A DNA stretch of 64,000 nt, taken from IMG/VR virus record IMGVR_UViG_3300013005_000001, positions 146,303-210,302 of that record; one strand, written 5' to 3'. The position numbers and the translations under genes are program-made. Shown here one piece after another: positions 8,749 through 19,081 of the stretch. The first letter of the stretch is position 1; the number at the start of each line of letters is the position of its first letter. The notes under the pieces are model-generated. The model made no database searches. It was not told where the DNA came from and was given only the letters and a program-made list of their open reading frames with translations.

Positions 8749-10755
8749 ATGGCTAATACAATCAGAATCAAAAGAAGAGCAGCTGGAGATGGCGCAGGCG
8801 CACCATCCAGTCTTGCAAATGCGGAATTAGCATTTAACGAGTCCACTAACATATTGTACTATGGTACAGGCACTGGTGGTGCTGGTGGATCAGCTACTCA
8901 GGTTATAGCCATTGGTGGTTCCGGAGCTGTAGTCGGTCTTGCTGGCGATCAAACAATTACTGGTAACAAAACTTTTTCTGGTACTGTAGCTCTTGGCGCT
9001 TCAGCAACCGCAACAACAAAAACAGCTGGTGACAACTCTACATCAGTAGCAACTACTGCATACGTAGCTACAGCAGTTGCTGCCGTAGGCGCATTTTCTG
9101 GATTGACTTTTGCAGGCGATGGTGGAACCACACAGGCTATAGCAAGTGGCGATACTCTTACTATATCTGGTGGCGTTGGTCTTAGTTCGACAGCATCTGC
9201 AATAGATACAGTCACAGTCAATCTTGATAATACATCAGTTACAGCTGGTTCTTACGGTTCAGCTAGCGCAATCCCAACCTTTACGGTTGACGCTCAAGGT
9301 CGTTTGACCGCAGCTGGAACAGCTTCTATATCTACTTCATTCACAGTTGATGCAGATAGCGGTTCAGATTTAACAATTTCTGGTGGAGATACCTTTAGAA
9401 TAATTGGTGGCACTGGCTTAACATCGACGGCTTCTGCAACCGACACACTTACTTTGGACCTCGATAACACAACCGTAACTGGTGGATCATATGGTTCAGC
9501 TACAGCAGTTTCAACCTTTACAGTTGACGCTCAAGGTCGTTTGACCGCAGCTGGAACAGCAACAATTGCTATCCCAGCAAGTGCAGTTACAGACTTTACA
9601 GAGGCTGCACAAGATGCAGTTGGAAATGCAGTTGGAACAGGCCTTACTTACACTGATTCAACTGGTGCAATTTCGGTAACAGCAAATACCTACGACGCCT
9701 ATGGCGCAGCATCCTCAGCTCAAAGTGCAGCAGAATCAACTGCTTCAGGTTATGTATCAACTCACTCATCAGCTACAACATCAGTACATGGTGTTACTGG
9801 AAATGTTGTTGGAACAACTGATACTCAGACACTTACCAACAAGACACTTACTAGCCCAGTAATAACTGGAGCAGTATTCAATGATGGTTCAATAGTCTTT
9901 GAAGGTGCAACAGCCGATGCTCATGAAACAACTCTTACAATCACTGATCCAACTGCAGATAGAACAATTACATTTCCAGATGCTACAGGTACAGTTGCTT
10001 TAGCTGCAGACGTTGCAGCATTGTCTGGTGCAACATTTACTGGTGCAGTATCTGGTACATCTCTTACTCTTTCAGGTGACTTAACAGTTAATGGTACAAC
10101 AACTACAATTAACTCAACTACAGTAAGTGTCGACGACAAGAATCTTGAACTTGGCTCAAGTGTCTCTCCATCAGATGCTGGTGCAGACGGTGGTGGTATT
10201 ACGCTCAAGGGAACTACGGACAAGACTTTTAACTGGGTTGATGCAACTGATGCATGGACTTCATCTGAGAATCTCAACCTTCTAACTGGCAAGTCATTGT
10301 TAATCGCAGGAACTTCCGTACTTAACGCCACTACTCTTGGTTCAGGAGTAACGGCATCAAGCCTTACCTCAGTTGGAACAATAGCAACTGGTGTATGGAA
10401 TGGCACGGCAATAGCCATAGCTAACGGTGGAACCGGCTCTACAAGTGCTGGAGACGCTCGTACGGCTCTTGGAGTAGCAATTGGCTCTGATGTACAGGCT
10501 TACAACGCTACGCTTGCTGCAGTGGCTGGTGGAACATATACTGGCGATGACAGCATTACTACACTTGGAACAATTACCACTGGTACTTGGACTGGTACAG
10601 CAATCGCCATCGCTAACGGTGGTACTGGATCAACAACTGATTCCGGAGCTCGTACAGCCCTTGGATTGGCCATTGGAACCAACGTACAGGCTTATAGCTC
10701 AGTATTAGATAACGTAGCTGCAGGCAACTATACTCTTGACGGTGGCACATTCTAA
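8749..10755 (+). CDS. Long fibre protein
   Basis: 668 aa, T/G/A/S-rich. N-terminus MANTIRIKRR..APSSL..AELAFN, two internal duplications, ends DGGTF. Confidence 0.75.
   Translation: MANTIRIKRRAAGDGAGAPSSLANAELAFNESTNILYYGTGTGGAGGSATQVIAIGGSGAVVGLAGDQTITGNKTFSGTVALGASATATTKTAGDNSTSVATTAYVATAVAAVGAFSGLTFAGDGGTTQAIASGDTLTISGGVGLSSTASAIDTVTVNLDNTSVTAGSYGSASAIPTFTVDAQGRLTAAGTASISTSFTVDADSGSDLTISGGDTFRIIGGTGLTSTASATDTLTLDLDNTTVTGGSYGSATAVSTFTVDAQGRLTAAGTATIAIPASAVTDFTEAAQDAVGNAVGTGLTYTDSTGAISVTANTYDAYGAASSAQSAAESTASGYVSTHSSATTSVHGVTGNVVGTTDTQTLTNKTLTSPVITGAVFNDGSIVFEGATADAHETTLTITDPTADRTITFPDATGTVALAADVAALSGATFTGAVSGTSLTLSGDLTVNGTTTTINSTTVSVDDKNLELGSSVSPSDAGADGGGITLKGTTDKTFNWVDATDAWTSSENLNLLTGKSLLIAGTSVLNATTLGSGVTASSLTSVGTIATGVWNGTAIAIANGGTGSTSAGDARTALGVAIGSDVQAYNATLAAVAGGTYTGDDSITTLGTITTGTWTGTAIAIANGGTGSTTDSGARTALGLAIGTNVQAYSSVLDNVAAGNYTLDGGTF
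9286..9560 (+). repeat. Identical 38-nt direct repeat (9286-9323, 9523-9560) inside a duplicated fibre module
   Basis: GTTGACGCTCAAGGTCGTTTGACCGCAGCTGGAACAGC occurs twice, 237 nt apart (VDAQGRLTAAGTA). Confidence 0.9.
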
Positions 10756-10796
10756 TTAAAAGTGGTATAATACTATCTTTAACCATGGAGTAAAAA

Positions 10797-11229
10797 ATGG
10801 CCATTAGTAGTGGAAACTCATCAGGACCAAGAAAAAATGACGTACCCAACATAGTTGGAGATAAGCCCGCCGCTGCCGATCCTAAGATCACAGCAGCGGG
10901 CTTTGACGTCCGGAACTGTATCTAATACTAATTTAAATGATCCTTCTGGTGGCAACTTAACTAGATTAGATGAGATTATATCTTCATCTCCTACAGCTAA
11001 CACTGTCTATCCTAGAAAAGAAGACGTAGCTTACACTAAGTATTCTCCTTATTTCCCGCCTTACTTTCCTCCATACTTTCCTCCATACTTCCCTCCATAC
11101 TTTCCTCCTTTCTTTCCACCTTTCTTCCCACCTTTCTTCCCACCATACTTTCCACCTTTCTTCCCGCCTTTCTTCCCGCCATATTTCCCACCATATTTCC
11201 CACCATACTTCCCACCAGGGTTTAAGTAG
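10797..11229 (+). CDS. PASTA-like domain plus (PP[Y/F]F)14 repeat protein, interrupted by +1 shift at CGGA 10911-10914 (joined 143 aa)
   Basis: ATG 10797 after GGAG reads MAISSG...DVPNIVGDKPAAADPKITAAGFDV, then CGG. The +1 frame continues GTVSNTNL...IISSSPTANTVYP...YSPYFPP. Confidence 0.7.
10911..10914 (+). other. CGGA +1 recoding site 2
   Basis: In-frame CGG (codon 39); the 0 frame stops at 10923-10925. Confidence 0.7.
11047..11214 (+). repeat. Coding 12-nt tandem repeat, 14 x P-[Y/F]-F-P
   Basis: Units vary at synonymous positions (cct/cca/ccg, ttt/ttc, tat/tac). Confidence 0.9.
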
Positions 11230-11240
11230 AGGAAAATTAG

Positions 11241-11810
11241 ATGGCAAATATTATAAAAATAAAAAGATCAGCAACACCATCTCAAACGCCAACATCCTTA
11301 GACTATGGTGAGTTGGCGCTAAATTATGCTGATGGAAAACTATTCTATAAAAACAGTTCTAATAATGTAGTAGAATTTACTAGCGCTGCTAGCGTAGCAG
11401 GTACAGTTCACAACGCAACAATAGGGGACGGAACAAACACTTCATATGTTGTTACCCACAACTTTGGTAGTAGAGACGTAAGTGTGACAATCAGAGAAGC
11501 AGCTGCTCCATATGGTTTAATTTTGACTTCATGGGAAGCCACATCAAGTAATGCTGTTACTATTTTATTCGATTCACCTCCTTCTTCTAATTCTGTTAGG
11601 GTGTCTGTTTATGTGGCCGTATCAGGCCTTGAGCAGGGCCCTACCGGTCCTACAGGGCCGACTGGTCCCACAGGGCCTACAGGTCTAACCGGCGCTACTG
11701 GACCAACAGGCCCACAAGGATCTAGCGGATACTCAACATTAAATCTCGATGGAGGGCATCCTGATACTATATATGTTGGAATTAATTCTATTGATTGCGG
11801 AGAAATATAA
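11241..11810 (+). CDS. Fibre protein with collagen-like GPT repeat
   Basis: [23 protein letters not shown]-terminus; (G-X-Y)n from 11637; LDGG and IDCG near the C-terminus. Confidence 0.75.
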   Translation: MANIIKIKRSATPSQTPTSLDYGELALNYADGKLFYKNSSNNVVEFTSAASVAGTVHNATIGDGTNTSYVVTHNFGSRDVSVTIREAAAPYGLILTSWEATSSNAVTILFDSPPSSNSVRVSVYVAVSGLEQGPTGPTGPTGPTGPTGLTGATGPTGPQGSSGYSTLNLDGGHPDTIYVGINSIDCGEI

Positions 11811-13003
11811 TGGCTATTCAAGTACAATATCGTAGAGGTACAGCAGCACAATGGACTAGCGCAAATCCAACATTAGCAGTTGGTGAACCGGGGTATGAAA
11901 CAGATACTGGTAAATTTAAGGTAGGTACTGGGGCAGCCGCTTGGACTTCTCTATCTTATAGCTCAGGTCCTGTGGGGCCTACAGGATCTGCTGCAAGCTT
12001 AACATTAGGAACTGTAACCACAGGAGATGCTGGATCTTCAGTTGCAATCACAAACTCTGGCACATCGAGTGCTGCTATTTTTAACTTCACTATTCCTAGG
12101 GGCGATACTGGAGCCACAGGGCCTACAGGGCCTACAGGGCCTACTGGAACAGCTGCTACAATCACTGTTGGTACCGTCTCTGCTGGTACGGCAGCAGTGA
12201 CTAATTCAGGCACAAGTAGTGCAGCAGTTCTTGATTTTACATTACAAACAGGTGCTACTGGACCCACCGGACCCACCGGACCAACTGGACCTACTGGACC
12301 TACTGGCTCTATTGGTTCAGCAACATTAGATGATCTTTCAGACACAATAATAACAAGTCCCGCAACTGCTCAAATTTTAAGGTATAACGGAACCAACTGG
12401 GTCAACTATGCTTCGACCCTTACCCTTGGTGGAAACTTTACTACCTCAGGTGCATATACAACATCTTTGACTGCAACAGCAAATACAGCCATAACACTTC
12501 CGACTACAGGTACTCTCTCGACTCTTGACGGAATGGAAATTCTAACTAACAAGACTCTTACCAGTCCAGCAGTTGACACACCATTTTTAACGCTTTCAAC
12601 AAGTACATCAACAACTGATGCAAGAATTTTTTGGGATTCTACAAATAAAAAAATAAGAGTAGGCAATGGAACAATATCATTAGACTTTGCTTCTTCTAAC
12701 GTCATAACAAATGCTCAAACTGCAAGTTACACATTGGTTTTGGCTGACAAAGATAAACTTGTCGAAATAAGCAACGCATCAGCTAACACTCTAACTGTTC
12801 CAGCAAACTCTTCAGTAGCTTTCCCTATTGGAACACAAATGACAATACTTCAAACAGGTACTGGACAGACTACAATTGCAGCTGCAGGTGGAGTAACCGT
12901 AAATGCAACACCAGGCTTAAAGCTTAGAGCTCAATGGTCTTCAGTTACTTTGATAAAAAGAGCTACAGATACTTGGGTTGCACTAGGCGACTTGCAAGCT
13001 TAA
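11810..13003 (+). CDS. Collagen-like fibre protein with Mtd-type N-terminal domain
   Basis: [42 protein letters not shown] runs, and a C-terminal [13 protein letters not shown]...WVALGDL domain. Confidence 0.8.
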   Translation: MAIQVQYRRGTAAQWTSANPTLAVGEPGYETDTGKFKVGTGAAAWTSLSYSSGPVGPTGSAASLTLGTVTTGDAGSSVAITNSGTSSAAIFNFTIPRGDTGATGPTGPTGPTGTAATITVGTVSAGTAAVTNSGTSSAAVLDFTLQTGATGPTGPTGPTGPTGPTGSIGSATLDDLSDTIITSPATAQILRYNGTNWVNYASTLTLGGNFTTSGAYTTSLTATANTAITLPTTGTLSTLDGMEILTNKTLTSPAVDTPFLTLSTSTSTTDARIFWDSTNKKIRVGNGTISLDFASSNVITNAQTASYTLVLADKDKLVEISNASANTLTVPANSSVAFPIGTQMTILQTGTGQTTIAAAGGVTVNATPGLKLRAQWSSVTLIKRATDTWVALGDLQA

Positions 13004-13542
13004 TCTTTCTTAATGCACCAAAAATTAGTAGAGCACCAACGGTATCCTCTTTTAATCTCTTTTACTTGATGCGGAAATTCATCTTTAGCTGGAAAACAAA
13101 TAAACATTCCAGGCTCTGGTTTGACAAGTAAATCTTGTTTAGGAAAATAGATCTCTCCACCTTCATAGTTATTATTATAATAAAGCACTGAGCTAAGATC
13201 TCTAGTTGGATGTCCAGCTCCAGTCTTTAGACCAACACTTTTATTCTGCGCAGATCCGTGATCTAGATGAACTGGCATTGAATCTCCAGTTTTCATTTCT
13301 ACCACACTAGTTAATCCCTCATCATGAACTTTGCAACCAAAGCAACTTTCTATAATTTCCTTTATTTTATCATGATACTTACTCAAGAGTGTAGGTAAAT
13401 CTGGACGGCCATTGCCAGCATAAACTCCAAATGGAGAATATCCAGATTCATCAATTGTAACTGGCGTATCATTTAAGTATATTAAAATTTTTTCTAGATC
13501 TTGTCTGTCTAAAATATCTTTAAAAATATGAATCTTATCCAT
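13000..13542 (-). CDS. 2OG-Fe(II) oxygenase (prolyl 4-hydroxylase-like)
   Basis: HLD...[13 protein letters not shown]...H.V...GYRW. Confidence 0.85.
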   Translation of the reverse strand: MDKIHIFKDILDRQDLEKILIYLNDTPVTIDESGYSPFGVYAGNGRPDLPTLLSKYHDKIKEIIESCFGCKVHDEGLTSVVEMKTGDSMPVHLDHGSAQNKSVGLKTGAGHPTRDLSSVLYYNNNYEGGEIYFPKQDLLVKPEPGMFICFPAKDEFPHQVKEIKRGYRWCSTNFWCIKKD

Positions 13543-13543
13543 T

Positions 13544-14164
13544 TTATCTCAATTCTGTAATAGTATAAAAAGATGGAGTTGTGTATCTTTCTCCAGAGAT
13601 AACTGGTTTAACTCCGTGCAAATAGTTAACATCACCAGGATGAGCTACAGCTAAACCAGGTTTTGGGGTTACGATCAAATCATGATCTGGATAATAAAGC
13701 TCCCCACCTTTAAAGTTATCATTGTAATAAAATAATGAATTTATATCATAAGTTGGAAAAGGATTTGGTTTACCGTCATTAGTCTGTTTGTCCGCATGCG
13801 GTTTTTGTTCCATGCCCGGACGCCATTTGATTATTACTGGAGGCCTATTAGATAGTCCAACTTTAAAAGATTGCTCTAAAAATTGTTTCATTTTTTTAAT
13901 ATATTTATCGATAATATTATAAACTTCAACATTAAGTTTCTGAAGAATATCCCAACTACACTGTCTATCAGCCCAGTAAGAAGCATCATATATGCAAGTG
14001 CCATCAGCAGCGTACTGATTTTCTCCAGCATCCATCCATTCATTAATGGTTGGGAGAAACTTTTGAATTACTTTAAGGTCATCTATATCTATGAAATTAT
14101 TAATTATTTTTATATTGTCAATAGACTTACCAAAATGACCTGGCTTAACGAGTGACTGCTCCAT
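13544..14164 (-). CDS. 2OG-Fe(II) oxygenase (prolyl 4-hydroxylase-like)
   Basis: HAD...YYNDNFKGGELYY...HGVKPVISGERY; AGGAG SD on the minus strand. Confidence 0.85.
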   Translation of the reverse strand: MEQSLVKPGHFGKSIDNIKIINNFIDIDDLKVIQKFLPTINEWMDAGENQYAADGTCIYDASYWADRQCSWDILQKLNVEVYNIIDKYIKKMKQFLEQSFKVGLSNRPPVIIKWRPGMEQKPHADKQTNDGKPNPFPTYDINSLFYYNDNFKGGELYYPDHDLIVTPKPGLAVAHPGDVNYLHGVKPVISGERYTTPSFYTITELR

Positions 14165-14264
14165 ACTTTGCTCCTAGTTATCTATAAATTTGACTACTGT
14201 CGAAAGTCTGTGATAAAGTATATCATTACAGGACTGACGTTCTAGCAATGAATTGGAGATTGAA

Positions 14265-14939
14265 TTGGAAATTTTTAACATAGAAGAACCTAAACTGGGG
14301 ATAATTCTTTATAGAGGTGCCATATCAGATGACGTTAACATACCTAAAAGATTAGAAGATACACTTACTGGAAGTCAGCATGAGTACTTTAAATGGAACG
14401 AAGCTATGGTTGGCTATAATGAAAAAATGCCCGACTATAGAGATTGCTATGATTTAAAAGTAGGTCCAAAACATTGGGGACATCTTCCATTAGAACTATC
14501 TGAAATTAAAAATGTTTACGATGACTATAATTCTATATTAACTACATGTCTAGCAGACTATGAGAGAAGATATAATTTTAAGATGGAATTTATGGAAGCA
14601 ATTAATTTTATAAAATATGGAAAAGGTCAACATTTTCAAGTCCATACAGATTCAGGTTTTTCATATTTTTGCACTCTTTCTTCAGTTGGGTTCTTTAATG
14701 ATGATTATGAAGGAGGAGAGCTTTGGTTTCCTTATTTAAACCTTAAGTTTAAAGCTCAAAAGGGAGATATAATATTCTTTCCTTCAACGTACATTTATGC
14801 TCACGGATCAATGGAAGTAACTGAAGGAACTAAGTACAGTGCGGTAACAATGTATAATTACAATGAAATTGGCCAGTCAGTTACACCATCTAGTGGGATT
14901 CAACTCGCAACACTGCCGACGCTATCGAAAGCTGATTAA
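14265..14939 (+). CDS. 2OG-Fe(II) oxygenase (prolyl 4-hydroxylase-like)
   Basis: HTD...FNDDYEGGELWF...HGSMEVTEGTKY; TTG 14265 follows GGAG. Confidence 0.85.
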   Translation: MEIFNIEEPKLGIILYRGAISDDVNIPKRLEDTLTGSQHEYFKWNEAMVGYNEKMPDYRDCYDLKVGPKHWGHLPLELSEIKNVYDDYNSILTTCLADYERRYNFKMEFMEAINFIKYGKGQHFQVHTDSGFSYFCTLSSVGFFNDDYEGGELWFPYLNLKFKAQKGDIIFFPSTYIYAHGSMEVTEGTKYSAVTMYNYNEIGQSVTPSSGIQLATLPTLSKAD

Positions 14940-14940
14940 A

Positions 14941-15621
14941 GTGGAAGAAAAAACAGAACAGTCATTTGTGGAATATGTAGATAATAATATATATGATTTT
15001 CCACTCAAATCCATAGATGGAGAAGATGGCATTCTGGCAAACCTTAAAGGAAAAGTTTCTATTTTATTTAATGTGACTGGAGAATGTGCTAACTCGCCTC
15101 AGTATACAATAATACAAGATATATATAACCAATATAAAGATTTAGGCTTTGAAGCCTTAGCTTTACCCAGTACAGACTTTTGCCAAGATGCATATGGTGA
15201 ATTTGCAGACTCTAATACTAGTGCAGAAAATATGAGAGATCATATGAAAAAAGTCTATGGTACAGATTTTCCATTTTCTGAGATGGTAAATATATTAGAT
15301 CCAAATGAGGATAAAGAAGCTTACAAGAGAGCTAGAGAAGAGTATGACAAAACTGATATTGACTACTATAAATCAACAGGGGAGATTCATCCACTATTTA
15401 AAGAATTGCAAAAAAACAGTGATTTAATTCATGGAAATTTTGAAAAATTTATCGTATCCAAAGATGGTTCTAAATATGTTAGATTCTGCAATTCAGATTT
15501 ATTAGACCTAGCATATAATAGCAACAATAGAAGCACATCTTCAGAAGAAGCATTAAACAATATTAAAAAAGCTATAGAAGATTTTCTTAGAGAAGAATAT
15601 GACGAAGATAACATTAACTAA
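14941..15621 (+). CDS. Glutathione peroxidase-like (thioredoxin fold) protein, atypical
   Basis: KGKVSILFNVTGEC..PQY..YKDLGFEALALPSTDF...HGNFEKFIV. The GTG start at 14941 avoids a long overlap. Confidence 0.75.
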   Translation: MEEKTEQSFVEYVDNNIYDFPLKSIDGEDGILANLKGKVSILFNVTGECANSPQYTIIQDIYNQYKDLGFEALALPSTDFCQDAYGEFADSNTSAENMRDHMKKVYGTDFPFSEMVNILDPNEDKEAYKRAREEYDKTDIDYYKSTGEIHPLFKELQKNSDLIHGNFEKFIVSKDGSKYVRFCNSDLLDLAYNSNNRSTSSEEALNNIKKAIEDFLREEYDEDNIN

Positions 15622-16321
15622 GACTCATCAGAATCCACCAGCCATACAGCAGTCTAGGCTTAAAAGAGATTGGATGGATGAAACCTACAATAAGCATGCC
15701 TACAAGTGTTTACCAATGTCTGCAGCTAATGTAAATGGCTGGGAATTAATTCTTCAGCAAGATGTTGTAGTTCAATGGGATGGAGGTAATACTACTCCTA
15801 GAGTCTTAGAAGGCGAATTCTTAGATGGTAGACCCGTTGTAATTCCATCTATAATCGGCATTATGTCCTTTGCTACAGGATGGGCGATTAACACTGAAGA
15901 GGGGTATGATACCTGGATAACCGGATCTCCAAATTATTTTGTAGATGGGGCAGCTCCGTTGTCAGCAACCATACCAAGTTTTTGGTGGCCAGATGAATTT
16001 AATATGAATTGGAAAATTACTAAAATTGGAGAACCAGTAAAATTTGAAGCTGGGATGCCATTTATGTTTTTTAATATTTACAATAATGATCTTCTAGAGA
16101 GTGCAGAAGTAGTAGTCGAAAACCTTTGGGATAAACCAGAATTAATGGCCAAGCGTCAATCATACGGCGACGCAAAAATGAAGAAACTTCATGAGCAACC
16201 TTGGACTTGGATGAACGGCATTAGGAGTGGCTTAGACGAAAATGGTAATCAAATTGGCCCAAAGCATGATGGGCTAATAAAACTGGCTGAACCAAATCTA
16301 GATACTGTAAAAAAATGGTAA
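15599..16321 (+). CDS. Conserved hypothetical protein (DUF6065-like)
   Basis: KRDWMD...HAYKCLPMSAANVNGW, GSPNYF and FNMNWKIT motifs. Confidence 0.6.
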   Translation: MTKITLTKTHQNPPAIQQSRLKRDWMDETYNKHAYKCLPMSAANVNGWELILQQDVVVQWDGGNTTPRVLEGEFLDGRPVVIPSIIGIMSFATGWAINTEEGYDTWITGSPNYFVDGAAPLSATIPSFWWPDEFNMNWKITKIGEPVKFEAGMPFMFFNIYNNDLLESAEVVVENLWDKPELMAKRQSYGDAKMKKLHEQPWTWMNGIRSGLDENGNQIGPKHDGLIKLAEPNLDTVKKW

Positions 16322-16379
16322 ATTTATAAAAGAATTTGGTACTATATGTCATATATGCCCAAAATCCAAAGGAACGGTT

Positions 16380-16637
16380 ATGCTCTTTAATAATGTAGAC
16401 AAAAGCACAAAATTAGAAATTTTAGAAGAAAATATTCCAAAATATGAAAAAGATATTTATGAAATTCTTATACAGCTTGGAATTGATCCAGTGTCATTTG
16501 ATGAAGATAATTTTGAGGAAGAGGATCCATTGGCTAATCCAGATGACACGGTAACAAAATCTTTGCGCAGTCGATTAAAAAAAGCTATAGATGGTTTAAA
16601 CTTAATTAACGAAGAAATTGCAAACTTAGAAATATAA
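16380..16637 (+). CDS. Small acidic hypothetical protein (paralogue of next)
   Basis: LGIDPVSFDEDNF motif. Confidence 0.7.
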   Translation: MLFNNVDKSTKLEILEENIPKYEKDIYEILIQLGIDPVSFDEDNFEEEDPLANPDDTVTKSLRSRLKKAIDGLNLINEEIANLEI

Positions 16638-16639
16638 AT

Positions 16640-16861
16640 ATGCAATTTAGCTTATCTTCCGAAGAAAAAAAAGAAGCATATCAATTAGTAAAAATAGAGC
16701 TTGAAAAAGCTTTAATACTAAGATTGTCGGCATTGGGCATCGATCCAGAAGAGTTTGATGAAGAGAATTTCATCCCTGCTGAAAACAGCACAGCTCAAAA
16801 AGATATATATGATATAATTTTCAAGATAAAAGATATAGATAATAAAATATCTTCTTTATAA
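16640..16861 (+). CDS. Small acidic hypothetical protein (paralogue of previous)
   Basis: LGIDPEEFDEENF motif. Confidence 0.7.
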   Translation: MQFSLSSEEKKEAYQLVKIELEKALILRLSALGIDPEEFDEENFIPAENSTAQKDIYDIIFKIKDIDNKISSL

Positions 16862-16872
16862 TTGGAGTTTAA

Positions 16873-18042
16873 ATGCAGTTCAAATCAGCTCAAGAATATA
16901 ATCCGTTAAACTACGCATGCTATGCAGTAACTAGCGTTAAGGAAGATTTTACTTTAAATACAGTTCATCCCAATGGTCTACAGCAGTACCTAGACTACGA
17001 TGTATATGATATTGGAGATAAAACTTTAATAGCTTTTACTAAAATTAATTTTTATAAAACTTATTTTGTTTTTAGACTTATTTCTGAAAACTACACAGAA
17101 GACATAAATGCTGAAAATTATGAGTATGTAGCTGATGTTTTGGACGAAAGTTACGATGAATCAAAATATACATTTCACATAATGGAGTCAGCTGCTTCTT
17201 TTCAGGAAGCAGTGGGCGACAAAGTTACTTCTATAGAGGACAGTCGCAGATGCGATTTAGAAGACTTTGCTGCAGTGGATTTTTATGACGTAATTGCTGA
17301 CGGCAAACCAGATTTATTAGATAGAAATTATTTTAACAACGACAACATATTGGGATGGGCATTATTTTTGGCTTCTATGGGAAATATTTATATAGTTAAA
17401 TTAGAATTTGCTGACATAGAAGATCGAGCATACAAGGACTGGTCTGCCAGTACATTAATGGCACAAACTTTTATGCATGCAGTAAAAATGGCATATGAAT
17501 GGAATATACTAGCAGAAGAACCCTGGAACAGTAATCAAAAAGTAGCTCTAAAGTCTAATGCAGCTTTTAAAGATTGGAATATGTCAGAGGAAATTTTAGA
17601 AGAGATATCATCTTTATCTCCAAACACTTCCATCGGTATGTATTTAAGCTCAGATCCAGACCCCAGAAGATCTATTATAGAAGATAAAACAATTTCACCT
17701 AAATTTAAAAATTGGTATATTTCAAAATTAAGATATAGAACATTAGGTTCTTTATCTCAAAACTATCCAGAAGATTTGGATATTCCAAGTTCTATGATAG
17801 AAAAAGAAAAAACATTTTTTGAAACTGAAATATACAAATTTTGCATTGAGAATGAACTAGATATACTTTCAACTACTTCTGTAGATATTCTGGACAAAGC
17901 GTACTGTAGCGGTCCTTCTTATAAAGAAAAAAATAATACTATTACTGATATTATAGGCAAAAATATCTACTTGCAAGATAGAGAATTAATCAAAGAATAT
18001 CAAGAAATAAAGAAAAAACCCTTCGCAACATACGAAGGATAG
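16873..18042 (+). CDS. Hypothetical protein
   Basis: 389 aa ORF with GGAG SD; no motif recognised. Confidence 0.7.
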   Translation: MQFKSAQEYNPLNYACYAVTSVKEDFTLNTVHPNGLQQYLDYDVYDIGDKTLIAFTKINFYKTYFVFRLISENYTEDINAENYEYVADVLDESYDESKYTFHIMESAASFQEAVGDKVTSIEDSRRCDLEDFAAVDFYDVIADGKPDLLDRNYFNNDNILGWALFLASMGNIYIVKLEFADIEDRAYKDWSASTLMAQTFMHAVKMAYEWNILAEEPWNSNQKVALKSNAAFKDWNMSEEILEEISSLSPNTSIGMYLSSDPDPRRSIIEDKTISPKFKNWYISKLRYRTLGSLSQNYPEDLDIPSSMIEKEKTFFETEIYKFCIENELDILSTTSVDILDKAYCSGPSYKEKNNTITDIIGKNIYLQDRELIKEYQEIKKKPFATYEG

Positions 18043-18065
18043 TTGTATAATCAATATTAATTTTT

Positions 18066-18737
18066 ATGATAGTAAAAGATGACTACCTAGACAAAAATTT
18101 ATACAATCAAGTATTGAAGGACAATTTATTTTTTCCTGAATTAATGGGAAATGAAGATAAAATAGCTGCCCATTTACTTATGTATCATGAAGAATCTTCT
18201 AGTTGTTATTCTCCATTTATGTTTTGGGATGGTTGGTGGAGAAGCCCAGCAGATACTCTTAAAAAACAAGTAGTGCAAAAAATATGGGAAGAGCACATGG
18301 AATGGCCATGTGAAGATATTCTTGGTTTTGAATACTGGACAAGGTCTTATGGCCCGGGGCAATACATAGATCTTCATGTGGATGAAGATACTTTTTTGTA
18401 TAAAAAAAATAAGATGTTTCAAGGTCCTGTTTTAGGATGCATTTATTATGGTGTAGACAATGACAATGGTGGATTTTTAGAACTTCATAAAAACACATTA
18501 ATAAATGGTAATGAAAAAGTTTTAGACAAAATTAAAAACGAAGAATTAATATCTCCTATAAACGATAGGGAAAGAATAGCATACAAGGGAAATAGGCTTA
18601 TAATATTCAATGCCGGTCACAGAGTGCATGGTACGACACCCGCAAAATCTGACCTTAGACAAGTTTTAGTTGTAAATGTTTGGCACAAAGATAATCCACC
18701 AGAAGCTCTTTCTAGTGGTGGTTTTTTCTACGAGTAA
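18066..18737 (+). CDS. 2OG-Fe(II) oxygenase
   Basis: GFEYW...HVDED...GGFLE...NRLIIF...HGTTP...R. Confidence 0.8.
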   Translation: MIVKDDYLDKNLYNQVLKDNLFFPELMGNEDKIAAHLLMYHEESSSCYSPFMFWDGWWRSPADTLKKQVVQKIWEEHMEWPCEDILGFEYWTRSYGPGQYIDLHVDEDTFLYKKNKMFQGPVLGCIYYGVDNDNGGFLELHKNTLINGNEKVLDKIKNEELISPINDRERIAYKGNRLIIFNAGHRVHGTTPAKSDLRQVLVVNVWHKDNPPEALSSGGFFYE

Positions 18738-18747
18738 AAATATTACA

Positions 18748-18756
18748 TGCTATAAT
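18748..18756 (+). promoter_or_regulatory. Extended -10 promoter TGCTATAAT; possible leaderless transcript
   Basis: 7 nt before ATG 18764, no SD. Confidence 0.5.
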
Positions 18757-18763
18757 TATACCT

Positions 18764-19081
18764 ATGACGCAAACTGCTGACACAGTAAAAATACTCGGCA
18801 AATGGAAACTTTCTGTAGACACTCCATTTGGAAAAGAACAATATTCTTTAAGCGTTGAGAGTATTGACGGAGAGCTAGCTGGTTTTGTATTCCACGAAAA
18901 AGGCACTGCTAGTCTAGTTAATTTATCTTTTGTAAACCAAACATTTAAATGTTCATTACATGTAGAATTCCCAATAAAAGCTATTGTAAATTTGAAAGCA
19001 AATGTTATGGATAATAACAAAATGTTTGGGACATTACAGGTTGATCAGTATTTAAAAACTTTATTTATTGGAGAACGATGA
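18764..19081 (+). CDS. Hypothetical beta-rich protein
   Basis: 105 aa (GKWKLSVDTPFG...); coupled to the next gene. Confidence 0.65.
   Translation: MTQTADTVKILGKWKLSVDTPFGKEQYSLSVESIDGELAGFVFHEKGTASLVNLSFVNQTFKCSLHVEFPIKAIVNLKANVMDNNKMFGTLQVDQYLKTLFIGER

Noticed and set aside
11047-11214. CRISPR-like or non-coding repeat array
   Set aside because: No spacers; the 12-nt units vary synonymously, so the repeat is coding. The same applies to the GPT and 42-nt repeats.
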